Positions 13,985 through 26,000 of a stretch of DNA of 64,000 bases are shown piece by piece; the first letter of the stretch is position 1, and every line of letters starts with the position of its first letter. The stretch lies in the NCBI GenBank assembly GCA_030141605.1, contig JAQGDQ010000223.1, forward strand, positions 62,001 to 126,000. Reading direction: 5' to 3'. The translations under genes and the position numbers were made by a program. The notes beneath the pieces are model-generated. The model was not told where the DNA came from. It did not search any database and saw nothing but the letters and a program-made list of their open reading frames with translations. Source of the stretch: Tubiluchus corallicola (lineage: Eukaryota; Animalia; Priapulida).

Positions 13985-14808
13985 ATCTCGAGTTTGTTAG
14001 TTGCTGCTAATAATTATTATTTTGCCTGAATAAGTGTCACCTTATCAGCAAGTTTTGCGACTCTTAACATTATATCTTTCAAAAGTTTTAATTTAGATAA
14101 TTATTGAATAAAATAAACCGTGTTATAATATTGAATAATTAACATCTATGCCTGTTACAACACTTTGGTTTGGTGTTCTTTTAGGCAGTGCACCTTAACT
14201 TGTAATTGGAATGGTGCTGCTTTTTAAATTCCAATAAAGCCATAATTCCAATCATTTACTCTTTTATTTATGGTTATTACAAACCGGTCCAAAGAAACAG
14301 CCTAATTAGCGAGAGAAAGATTTCTGCTCTTGTTTACACACAGCGCTTCAGACTGCGACACTAAAAATTCAGCTAAAAGCTAGACACTGTTATGCCAGTC
14401 TGCCAGTGGCTTGTCAGCACCACTTCCGAGTATATTAGCTTGCTTGCTGCTGTATTTGCTTGTTTTGAAGGCGAATTTCATTTAGTTCCGAATTCTGGTT
14501 GCCCAGTGTCTACAATACTATAGACGAATGCCTGTAATGGGATAATAGGATAAATGATGAAGCGCCTGACTCGCTTGAATAAATGAAGGAAATAAGTGAT
14601 ATCCGCGAAGGCCATAAAAAGTTTAGACATTGTTTTTTGTGAATTATGCCTATTTTGTAGAAAGTTAATAGGAATAGCTTCTACGTTTGAGAAATACTCA
14701 AGAATTGCGTAAAACTTGAGAAATATATGTCCAACAATTTCTAATCGAAAGTTAAGTGTTGCCATTATTGTGAGTGTAGTAATACTATGATAACATTTGT
14801 TTTTAAAT

Positions 14809-17800
14809 ATGATTTCGTCGCCGCTATTTTACCGTAATTTTTTGGGAGCCAGGTTTCTTCCACTTAGCTTTGTATTTAATAACTTGGGCAGTGATGCAAA
14901 GCCTCACCTTCCTGATTACAACACGAGTGTAAATGTTCATGAACATAAATTAAAGAGGCCACAAAGAAAACCTAATCAACAACGACTATGGGATGGAATG
15001 ACAGGATTGGAAGAAAGAATAGTGGTAGGTTTACCTGTTATCATTACGTATGAATAACTTAGCAGTAAGCATTAAAAATTATTAATTTGGCTTACATTAA
15101 AGGGGGAATATCATGAAAATCAAGTTAAACTTATTTTATAATTGCCTTTTCCATGAACAACTTGGCGAAATTTTTTAGCAGTACGTTGTCTAATCAATGA
15201 GTAATTATGTCGTACACAACTAGGCTAAGAATGTATACATGTTTATATATATATATAATATTCGAGGCTACAGCTTCGATGGCGGCACCATTTGCGGCGA
15301 TCTATATATCAAATGAAAGGTCTCAATGTAGTGTGGTCTCATTGGGGGATTGGGGGTTTATTTTTCGAATCGGGCCCACCAGGACGAAGGGGGGGGGCAA
15401 AAAACCTCCCAAAATGGCCCTTTTTCGGCCGTTTTTTCAAAACTTATACCTCTTATTTCTGGAGGATGTTTGCATATTTTTGATTATAAGTGTATTTATA
15501 CGCAAAATTTTTTGCGAGGTCTGTGCTAGTTAACATATTATTATCCACTTTTACAAAATAAAAAAGTAACGATATAATGTGGTTCGATGACAAAATAATT
15601 ATTTATTGTGTTATTTCAAGCAAGGTTATTCTGACACTCATTCTATTACAAAGTTGAAAAAAGTATTTGTAGTACAATATAATCTAGTATAATGCTCGAA
15701 TGGCCCATCTAATTGCTGAATCATAGTGTAACACATTCCACGGCTGTTTTTCAATAAGAACAATCAGGATGACCAAAACCGAGCAAATCACGCATTCAAT
15801 CCACAATAGACTAATCTTTAGCGATACTGTGATACCGTCACAAGGTATAGGCGTAGGCATTCTCCCCTTGTGACTTATGCCACATTTTATCTATAATTTT
15901 CGCCACCAGAGGCGCAGGCGCAGGTCCTTGCTCAATGGTGGCCTAGTCAAATAATTATGATATCAAATTTCAATTCAAAACTAAAAGTGCTATAATAGCA
16001 AAATAATTTGACGTCACTGTTCAGTATGTGACGTTTTGTAAGGCACGTGTTTTCTTAATCAGCTGACCACAATGACCATGACTATATAGTCATAGGGGAG
16101 TTAAGTGACAGTTCCAAGGCTTGTTTTTGTGCTGATGGATTTGACTATCCAGCCCTGTGATATAAGTGAAATATAAAAAAAATTTTGATAACGCCAAATA
16201 AGGAGGGCAATTGAAAATCGTATCAATTTCCAGTACACTACATTCACAAGAGGCTGACTGAATTATACCAACATTTGCTTAATGGTTAGTTATTAATGTT
16301 TAGTTAAAATTAGTAACTTTAATGCTTTAACTTTAAACTGTTATTAATTTTAGCATTTTTTAAAAACTGCTAAATTATAGGACTAAATGATTTTATGCTA
16401 TGCTATTGTAATGTTTCTCATTTTAGGGTTCATTGATTCCTGACACATTAAAACAAATGAATGAAGATGAAGACTTTAAGATTACAACAAAGGCACTAGA
16501 AGAACTGGGTCAAAAGCAACTGACAAAAGAAGAAAGGAAGAAGCGTCAGCGAGCTTTAGACAAATTAGGAGTTCCTAACTTTCTTGCTTTTTGGCGAGCT
16601 GAAAAGGCTAAGCTTGGTTTGGCAGGTATGTGTAATCTGTATAGTGTGTTGCACTCTGATGTTTGCAACATCATTGGCCTTTTTGTGCAAAACTAAATGA
16701 AATAAGAAATTAAACGAGTCAGCCAGGTGTATCATGGAAACGTGTGTTGTATAGTAGCCATTCATATGTTATAAGATTTTCATGTGATTAGTAAGTATTC
16801 AGCAAAATCACAAACTTACACCTAGGCTTACACCGATCATAAGAATGTGTATTTTCTGAGCTTTTGAGGTCACTCCACACAATTTTTTTGGTTCTTGTGC
16901 AGACCAAGAAAACCGTCTAAGGAAGACAGAAGTAGGGATTCTGCAGTTAAACATCTCTTTGTACTGTAACCAGGCATGCAGTCATTGCCACGTGGAATCG
17001 TCACCTAAGAGGAAGGCGGAAATGATGGATAAGGAAACTGCTGATCGTTGCTTACACCTACTTGACAACAGCCCATCTATACACACTTTGGACCTCACAG
17101 GTTGGGCCATTTGCAAACTTTGTTTGAAATATATATAATATGTAGTTAAATGTTGTTGAAATTTAGTAGCGTGTAAGTAATTAGCTATTACGGGGGTTTT
17201 ACGTTCTGGCCCTGGATTCGTTTAGGGTTCCAGAACAAGTAGTGGATTAATATGTAAATTTCCAATCTACTTTAATATGCCATGGTTACCAGTTAGATTT
17301 TTGCATATTTTTGTTGACAGGTGGGGCTCCTGAACTCTGTTCCGAATTTCGATACTTGGTGAGGCAAGCACGAAAAATGAGAAGCGATTTGAAGATTATC
17401 GATAGATGCAACTTGACTGTACTTTTGGAGCCAGGCAAGTTGTTTTTGTTCACAAGCACAAGCAGTTCTGCATGATTAGTTTCTGTTATGTGCAGATACA
17501 GACACTTTAAAACGTTTAGTTTAGTTTATTTGTTTACTTGTTATTCCAAAAGCGACAACAGTATTTTATGCCAAGTGTACAATATAGAGATATCAGAAAT
17601 AATCTTAAATAAGATATAAATTAACGAATTATGATGAGCCAGACAAATAATTATATGCTCAAATCAAAAGGTAAACTTGAAAGATCTTAGCTGAACAGGC
17701 AATATGAAATAACGGGGTGCAGGACGTGCAAAATAAAGGAAGGAGTGAATGTGAAGATGTGGTGAGAAAGATGATAAAATAATGGGGAATGAAAAAATGT

Positions 17801-20800
17801 AAGGATAAGATTAAGTCTAAGCATTCGAATTTACATAAAAGAGCCATAGCAACCAACATCCCTTAATATGAATATGTACGGCTTTTCTTGACATTTATTA
17901 TTATTATTATTATTATTATTGTTATTATTATTATTATTACACAAACTTGTACCACATTGTTAACTTTTATTCTATAGCGAGTAACAACAAAATCAGAATT
18001 ACAGTTACACCTGTTAACAGATCACATTAAAAAAGCTTTGAATAATTCACTAGTATTAAATTTATTCGTAAATAAATGTATCATCCAATTCAAGAACATG
18101 GTGCAGCAAAAACACGTTGAGTAACTATTTGCTCAGTCTCTTCACTTTATTACTTAACTTGCCAATTATTTCCATTTCTGCACAGGAAGATCTCAGACAC
18201 TAATTACCGTAGCTCTTTTGTGTAGTGCTTAGAATGCTCACTGATTGGATCTCTGATGCAGTGAGGTGTAAGAAGACCTTATATAGATCTTGCAGAAACC
18301 TGATGTACAGTCTAGAATTCTCCATAACATTAGGTAGAAAACAAAGATCGAATTAATACTAGTTGCAATTTATTATATGAATTGTATCATGTGGTATCCT
18401 AGGAGCAGTAAATGCTAAATCTGCCAAATTTTTGCCAATTAGACATTGGCCCTCGATGCACAATAATTTAGTTACATTACTATTTCTTCATTTTGTCATT
18501 CAGCATCTCAAAAATGTCAACATTAAATAAACTACAATACAGTAGTTTATTATTAATAGCAACAAGTGTAAAGAAGTTACTTCTTTGATTTATTTGAAAT
18601 GTTCGTAACAGTATTTTCTTGTAAACTTAGAGTTAGAAGACATGGTGGAATTTTTAGTTGAAAACAAAGTTGATATCATCGCATCCTTGCCGTGCTATAC
18701 GACTAAGAATGTAAATCTGCAGCGAGGTAGTGGAGTTTTTGATAGAAGTATTCGTGCTTTGAACATGCTCAATGATGCTGGATATGGCAAAGAGGGAACT
18801 GGCTTAGAGCTCGACTTGGTTTATAATCCTCTAGGTAAAAAGAGAAAGTGTAAATAATCGTTAATAATTTTGTACTGTTTATTGATTTTCTTCTTGGTGC
18901 GATATAATTGGGTTATTCGTCACGTCAAACTAAAGCCTTGCTATAGTATAAGCTTTTACAACCTAAAATCCTGCTCTCGTTACGAATATTCAATTTATTT
19001 TATTATAAACTTACTGTAAAACTTGTTTCTTTTGGATTTTTATCACTTCGTCGTTAGCAGTATTAAAATTGAAGAATTGCCACTTTTTTGTTGCACGAGA
19101 CGAATGACGTAATGAGTGCAAGCACGACCACACCAAAGATTGGTAAACAAACGTCGGTAACCAAAGACATTTCTGCACTATGTAAGTCATTTTCGTTCAC
19201 TCGTGTCTTTGACGTGAAACATGCCAATCTTTACGGGAATGCACGTGTTCGAAGTTCACCAGAAAAAGGTAAGTTATTGAATTTGTAAGTTTCTTTTGTG
19301 CAAAAATAACTGTGAATTCTTTGTTTAATCATAATAGCACGTTAAAAAACTTCATTGTCTGTTGGGGTAATATCGGCCTTTCAGTAAGAGTATGCACATT
19401 GTAATACACACTTTTTTTACTAAATCACAATAATACATTGTTTGACCAAAGCTAGTTGGTAAATTCTTGTATAGAACTATGTTCTGAGTTGTTGCATATG
19501 GTTAATGGTGCAACTAAGTTAAGCAACATCTAGCATTACTGGCAAATGGATGGGCATCGAAACATGCCCTGAGCAATTTCATTTGCTATATTGCCACCTG
19601 CTATTAAAATAAGAACTTTCAGTAATCACTAGATAAATGAAAAAGTATAACGGACAGCTGCGAAAACCGCATGTTGACAATCCAACTTTTGCACCTTCTT
19701 TATCAGTGTCATAATAAATATTCACGACCAATAAGGGTAAAAAAACAATTTTCCTGAATTTCTTAGCCTGTCAGTTTCTTGTTAAATTTCTTTTATGTCT
19801 ATTTAGTCAGTGATGGCATGGCTGAGTTATTGCAACTGAAGGTAGGCCACACCTAGCCGTACTAGTAAATGGTTGGGAGATCACCTAGAAAATCTTTTCT
19901 GGGCAGTTTTGCCTGCCATACTGCCATCAGCTGTTTATCTCAAGGAGGGACAATTATGTAAATCTCCAATGTTTTGTCAGTTTATTTTCTCATCTGAGTG
20001 ATTTGTCATTGATGTTGATTAGGTTTCAGTCCTGCCAATAGCATCTAAATTAAGCAGGGCCTCCTGTTGAGTGCCAGGCCTTGACTTGGAAAATGATGAT
20101 GCATATAAGAAATAAATAATGAAGTTTGCATTATGTGGTAATATTTCATTTTATTTACCATTATTCATGTGTTTAGCCTAAATAATACAATCATGTTAGT
20201 GAATTAGTACAAAAAGTATGCAATATCAGCCTAATGATAACTTTGCACAACATTCAAAAGAAAAATTGGTACAACGGTTCTAAAGAAACAGACTTGCAAC
20301 TAATATATAGACAATTTTCAGATAAATTTATTTAATCTCTTGTAACACACGAAAAAATCAAAATAAGTTATTAGTATTAAGAGAAAAGGTGGCGAAAAGA
20401 CCCCAGAGGTTAGCAAATCAGCCACCCTTTTAGTTAAAATTATTAAAGAAAATCTAGCGACGATTTAATCTGGGATGAAACAAAAAAATGTAGCCAAAAT
20501 GAAAAAAATATAATACTGAAAAAATGATAGCAAAAAATGAATCAAACTAGTTTTAAGTGACAAAATAATATGCAAAAATAAAAAAAACAAAAAGCAACTA
20601 AGTTTAAGCCTTGGAAAGATTACATAAACTGCACAAGCAAAAATCAAGGGACTAACTTTGACCCTTGAAATTTCGATCTCTCCAATATCTACAAATGAAT
20701 AAAATTTGCTAGTACATAGAAATCAGATAGTAGTTAAAAACTGAAGTTGTTATTTTCATTAACATTATTCTATCCTAATTTATTTTTTACTAAAGAAATT

Positions 20801-23038
20801 ATTTATAGGAGGATACTTGCCTCCACCACAGGCAGAACTAGAATTAAAGTACAAAGAAGAGCTATGGGACAACTTTGGCATAGAATTTAACAAGCTCTTC
20901 TGTATTACTAATATGCCAATCAAGCGATTTGTGGACTTCCTGAGTAGAAGGTACGTTTTTTTTCACCTGGTCATCGTACAGTTGTCACAAATAATATTAG
21001 TGGAAAACATATTAGTATTTTTTCTTTGTATATTCTCCTACCTAATATTCTTTGTATATTATCATATGTAATACGTGCTGTTTGTGTGTTGTTGTTTTAT
21101 CAAAGTCACATTAGGCCTTGGCAAACATTGCAGGGGTGAACTGGAGGACTATATGCACCTGCTGATTAGGAACTACAATGTGTATACTATGGACAGCCTC
21201 ATGTGTCGTGATGTACTCAGTGTAAACTGGAAAGGGGAGCTATTTGACTGTGATTTTAACCAACAACTGGACATTACTGTCACAGGAGTAAAAAGTAAAC
21301 ATTTTTAGTATGCTTTTAAGTGACCAGTAAATTATACATTGATAGCTATGGTTTTGTGGTAAAATGAAATCATCTTATATAATGAGACATATTTGCCTGT
21401 GCCAAACAAATACAATTTTGGCTAAGTCTGGACTTCGTCTGGTTTAAAATGGCAGCAGACCATTTTTGTGATCTTGTGAAACATAAGTATCTTCTAAACT
21501 TATGGCCACATCTTTAGCCTTGGCCACATGACCCTTTTTTTAAAGGAAACACATAGCCTTCTATGAGGTTAGGCTTATTTCAGTGTTCGCAAAAAATGTT
21601 AGAATTATTTAGTAATGAAATTGCAATAAACGCCTTGTGTAACTAGTAAAATCACTTTAAAGTTGTGATCGCTTCATGCACTTCCATTTTCAATGCCCAT
21701 TCTTCCAATGATGTCATTCGTCTCGAAGAAAAGCAGCACACTGTCCATCTTCATTAAAAGTATAATAAGTTTTTACAAAAAAAATAGATAGCTAATTTTG
21801 TAATATTTTTGCATGAACATTTGCTAAGCTGCAGAAATTTGAATTAGTTTAAGCAGCGTGTGCTTCCGAAATGTCACGAAGTCTCACATTGAAGTCACGA
21901 TTTTTAAGTGAATGGTGGCTACCACCACACCCGAAAATTTCTATTCAGATGCAGTATATTTTAAATTTATGCTTTATAGGCAGTTCTTTGCAAGTTTCTT
22001 TGTTATGTTTTTGTAAGTTTAAGTGATAACAGTAAAATAAGCCCAACATACTGAGTGACTTGTTCTTTCCTTTAAAGAATTACTAGATGTGGGTGTATTC
22101 CTGTAGTGCGGGAAACTGATATTGACTAACTGCCTTGAGGCTGGAAAATCATCTGGAGATTAATACTTTATATCGTTTCATACGTATGTGCTACAATATT
22201 ACGAATTCATTATGTTGTCCATTCGTCTTCCAGTTGTCACGGATACAGCCTTTGCAAAGGCTAAGTCCTGTCACACTAATTGCCTGCATCTCGTGTAAAT
22301 AGTCATTGTAATGATATAGTTAGCAAAATAAGAAGTTTAAGCGTATATGAACCTTTTAAGTCATATAGTGTCCATCTATTTTCAGCATCTAAACAACAAA
22401 AATTAGCAACACCAATAAACTGGCTGACTTCATTAATGTATTTTATAATTTGCTGCTGCAAATTTGTTGAAGGCACTTGTTTGTTGGTTATTGTAACTTT
22501 TCACTTGGAGGATATGAATGAATTGAGTGTTCAAATTTTGCTCATTAATTCTAAAGTTAGGCTAAAGCAATTTAAACAAGGTTAAATATTGCTTAAGATT
22601 CCTAAAATCGAGCATTGTTGGGTGGAAAAACAAAGCAATTGAAGGCAAATTACAATGAAATTTATTTTACAAAGAAAGTCTATCATTTAAGACAAGAAGA
22701 CTTAAGGCACAAAACACATGTGAGGAATGAAAGGAGAAGAAAAAAGCATGTGTTTTTTCTTTTCCTTTCATTCACTACATGTGTTTTGTGCCTTGTTACA
22801 GATTTTACTCTGATGAGTAAATAAACAAAAGCACGGCATATTTTTACACGTTGCGGCATTATGTCTGACTTATAGTACACTGATTTTTTTAGGAAATTAT
22901 CCAGAAAAGGGAAAAGCGCCAACAATATGGGATATTGAATGTGTGGATGCTTTGAAGAGTAATATAATAGCTATTGACAATCACTGCTTTGGCTGCACAT
23001 CAGGTATGGGATCTAGCTGCCAAGGTGTCGTTGCTTAA
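14809..23038 (+). CDS. arsS: ArsS-family (arsenosugar biosynthesis) radical SAM / Cys-rich DUF3641 protein, 8 exons, 459 aa
   Basis: Exons 14809-15024, 16427-16625, 16903-17100, 17321-17434, 18631-18834, 20809-20950, 21134-21294 and 22893-23038 give 1380 nt in one open frame. Motifs: LQLNISLYCNQACSHCHVESSP (CxxxCxxC at 16965-16988), LDLTGGAPEL, IDRCNLTVLLEP, ASLPCYTTKNVNLQRGSGVF, LVYNPLGGYLPPPQ, ITNMPIKRF, LMCR, FDCDFNQQL and C-terminal HCFGCTSGMGSSCQG. Exon 1 is the least certain. Confidence 0.88.
15245..15529 (+). mobile_element. Short internally deleted Helitron copy in arsS intron 1
   Basis: The 5' part is homologous to ~150-345. 3' hairpin cgcaaaattttttgcg (15501-15516) plus CTAG|T, as at 2238-2266. 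Confidence 0.75.
17896..17939. repeat. (ATT)n microsatellite
   Basis: Seen directly in the sequence. Confidence 0.9.
19836..19895 (+). mobile_element. 5S rRNA-derived (SINE3-like) head
   Basis: gaaggtaggcc..gcc....tagta..tggttgggagatcacctagaaaatc aligns without gaps to the 5S internal control region (about 35/57 identical by eye). Related copies lie near 19515-19555 (+) and 8745-8795 (-). Confidence 0.45.
22704..22794. repeat. Near-perfect ~90-bp hairpin (inverted repeat) in arsS intron 7
   Basis: Arms aaggcacaaaacacatgt..gaatgaaaggagaagaaaaaa and ttttttcttttcctttcattc..acatgtgttttgtgcctt. Confidence 0.85.
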
Positions 23039-26000
23039 GCACAGCCACAAGGTAAGTTCCTTTCAGATTCAACAAAGGTATTGTCCTCTTGGAGCTATGC
23101 CATGTGCCAGCGATTTTTGAAAAACCTATTGATTAGTGCTGTAACAATACATCTAAGTCACGATGTGATACATATCATGATACATATGGAATTAAGTGTT
23201 GAAGAAATCAAAAGTGCTTGATTTTGGAGGAGGTGAATGAAATTATATATGTGTATAATGATTTTCTAAGTTGCTGGCCATAGGATTATAAGAAATTTTT
23301 TTATTTGTGTGTACTTTGTAATGCAATCACATTTTTTGGATTAGGCATTTTCAAAAATTGGCTTACAGACTTACATATTATAATATACAATTTTTATATT
23401 TGACTTTTGTTGCGCTATATCAACTGATGTTTGTTAGACATTTACAGCCATGGTTGCTATACAAATAATTGTTGCATTTTTATAAATAATGCGATCTATT
23501 TCATATTATAGTACGCAAATTTTCCAACTGCTTTTATTGTACATATCAACTGATATATTATGTTAATTCAACCATGATGACTTTTGGGCAAATGTTGATT
23601 AGATTAAAATGTGATCGATTTAACATATTATATATTAATATTATATTGAGCAAATTTTGGTACATGTCCGCTTATATTTATGATTATTATAACTATCTCT
23701 TCAGAAATAAACAAATATGTACAGTATGCATAGATCTGTAACTGTGTGCACAGTCTATAACTGTATTTCTATTTATTATTAATTTTATATGACTTTAAAA
23801 AGCAAATTCTTGCCAAAAATAGATGCTTTTAAAGCAAAGTGAGGAAAGAAAATTAAGAAATAAATGAAGGGTTAAATAGGGCTATTAAAAATGGAAAAAG
23901 ATTTTTCAGGACAACATTATAGACATCTAACTGTTAACTATAATGTGGTAATTTAGCTATTCAAACTAACAAATTACGTAATACATAATTAACTGTATAA
24001 CCATTGGGCTTATTTGTGAGCACCATTATATAATTTTATTTGAGAGTATTTAAAAGCGTGCAATGCAAGCTAGTTTTATATTTTTGAGTATTGCTATTTC
24101 CACAGTGTGGACACAGTGAATGTTATAAAATGTTTAACTGTGTTTGTGTTGCAGGCTTATGGTGTAAACTTTAAACCCTGAGACAGACAGATAACTAGGT
24201 TTTTATTGACTCAGGGTCAAAACATTGTATAATCAGTCTGACACTACAATGTTAGTTAATGCACATGATCTGCATATATATATTTTAAAATAGTAATAGG
24301 ACAAACTGTATATTTTTGTATTACAGCTTTTGGTATGTTCAGTTGCCATGTTTCATGAATTATATTAAATAATTTTGTCATACATATCCACTGACATTGG
24401 TGATTATATTTAATGGGAATGACTGCCATTAAATGGATTGTAAATGTATTTTGTGTATGTTTCTGCATAAACTACTATGTACTTTATCATCGTGAAATTG
24501 TAAATACAGAAGCCAATATATACAATGTTGTCATAATTCCAAGGTGTTGCATGTCACTGAATGTGTAAGTTTGTGTTGCATTTGAGGAACTGTACTGCAA
24601 AGACAAAGGCTTTAGTTTGTGGTATGGCTTTTGTAATTTTCACAGTTTTATTAGGATATTCTGCAGTGCTTATATAATTTGGGTAGGCTACAGTTTTGCT
24701 GTTGCACCAGTTTTAGTAATTAGTTTTCCGAGATTTACAATAAATATTGTGTTTTGTTAAATTCTCTGATCGTATCAGATGTGCACATTATCAACTTTCA
24801 CAACCATAACTCCAGTAGCAAATACAAATAGTATAACTTTTTTTGACTAACCTAGTCAAGTGATGTGACTAAATTGGTTCTGAAAAGTTGTACTTTTATC
24901 TGCTAGTTATTTGCCTATTAGCATCTCTTGACTCTGTATGATTATGATGACTTTATTTGTTTAAATTATGTCTACAAATGATTTTTTTTGTGTTGATCAG
25001 TATCATGATTGTGCTTAATGGCAGTATACTCATAATTTTTTATAAATTTATAGTTACAGAATTTATTTAGGGTTTTTAGTTTAATCGTTAATATTGTAAA
25101 ATAATAAAATTAATGCTGATTACTTTTATAATGATTTATTTGTAGAAAAAAGTTGTGACTCATATATTTTATAATCTTAATTTCAAATTTTTTTAGTAAT
25201 AGGTAAATGAACCCACGATTGTTATATTTTGAAACCAAACCTGTCTGAAAGTCGAGATTTCCGGTTTCTATATCCTTCGAAATACTGAATTGACTGTGAG
25301 CTACAATGATTGAATTAGGTCCTGTTGTGATCATTGCGCAGAGTAATCTAGAGGTTATGGCATTGTATAAATTCTCTAGTTTAAATCCACGCTCTGTCTC
25401 AACGTTTTCACATTTTCCTTTTTTCAGAAACTATGTTTGGTTTGAAAATTTCAAAATGTTTTGTGCTGTATTAGTTTAGGTTTTCAGATATGTGAAACTA
25501 TTTGCTGGGTCTATATAATATTTAGGTTGAAAAATAAAAATTGAAATATGCAGATGTATGAGTTTGTTGTAGATTATGTTTCTGTTCCCTGGAATATGAT
25601 ACTGTGATTTGTAATCCTGTAATTATAGTGGTGCTTGTCATTTTTTTATTCTTTAGCTGCTCACACATAAGCAAACGACACTAATAAACTCTTTTTCTAC
25701 ATATTAATAACGATTATTATTATTCATTAAAATACATAAACTATAAAAACTTCATTGGGTAAAATTGATGCATAAGAATACAATATTATTGTCTTGTTTG
25801 CTTCCACATCTGAAATTCATTATTGTCAACTACAAGTTCATCAGTAATTTCAAATGATTTTGTGAAAAGGGTGAATCAGGAGTTAATGTTATATGTTGCA
25901 ATATTCGATACTGAGAGTATAAGATACTGCCAAAGTATATCACGAAGGCTGCCAACTATTACTCAAGTTAGCAAGTTAATTTTGACCTGGTTATAAATAA

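Noticed and set aside
22980-23038. Selenocysteine in the ArsS Cys-rich tail (some family members are selenoproteins)
   Set aside because: All three tail cysteines are TGC, there is no in-frame TGA in the assembled CDS, and the stop is TAA.
14809-23038. Bacterial or algal contamination explaining arsS
   Set aside because: The gene has seven spliceosomal introns, and one of them holds a Helitron copy that is also found elsewhere in the window. It is contiguous with NUS1 and KChIP.
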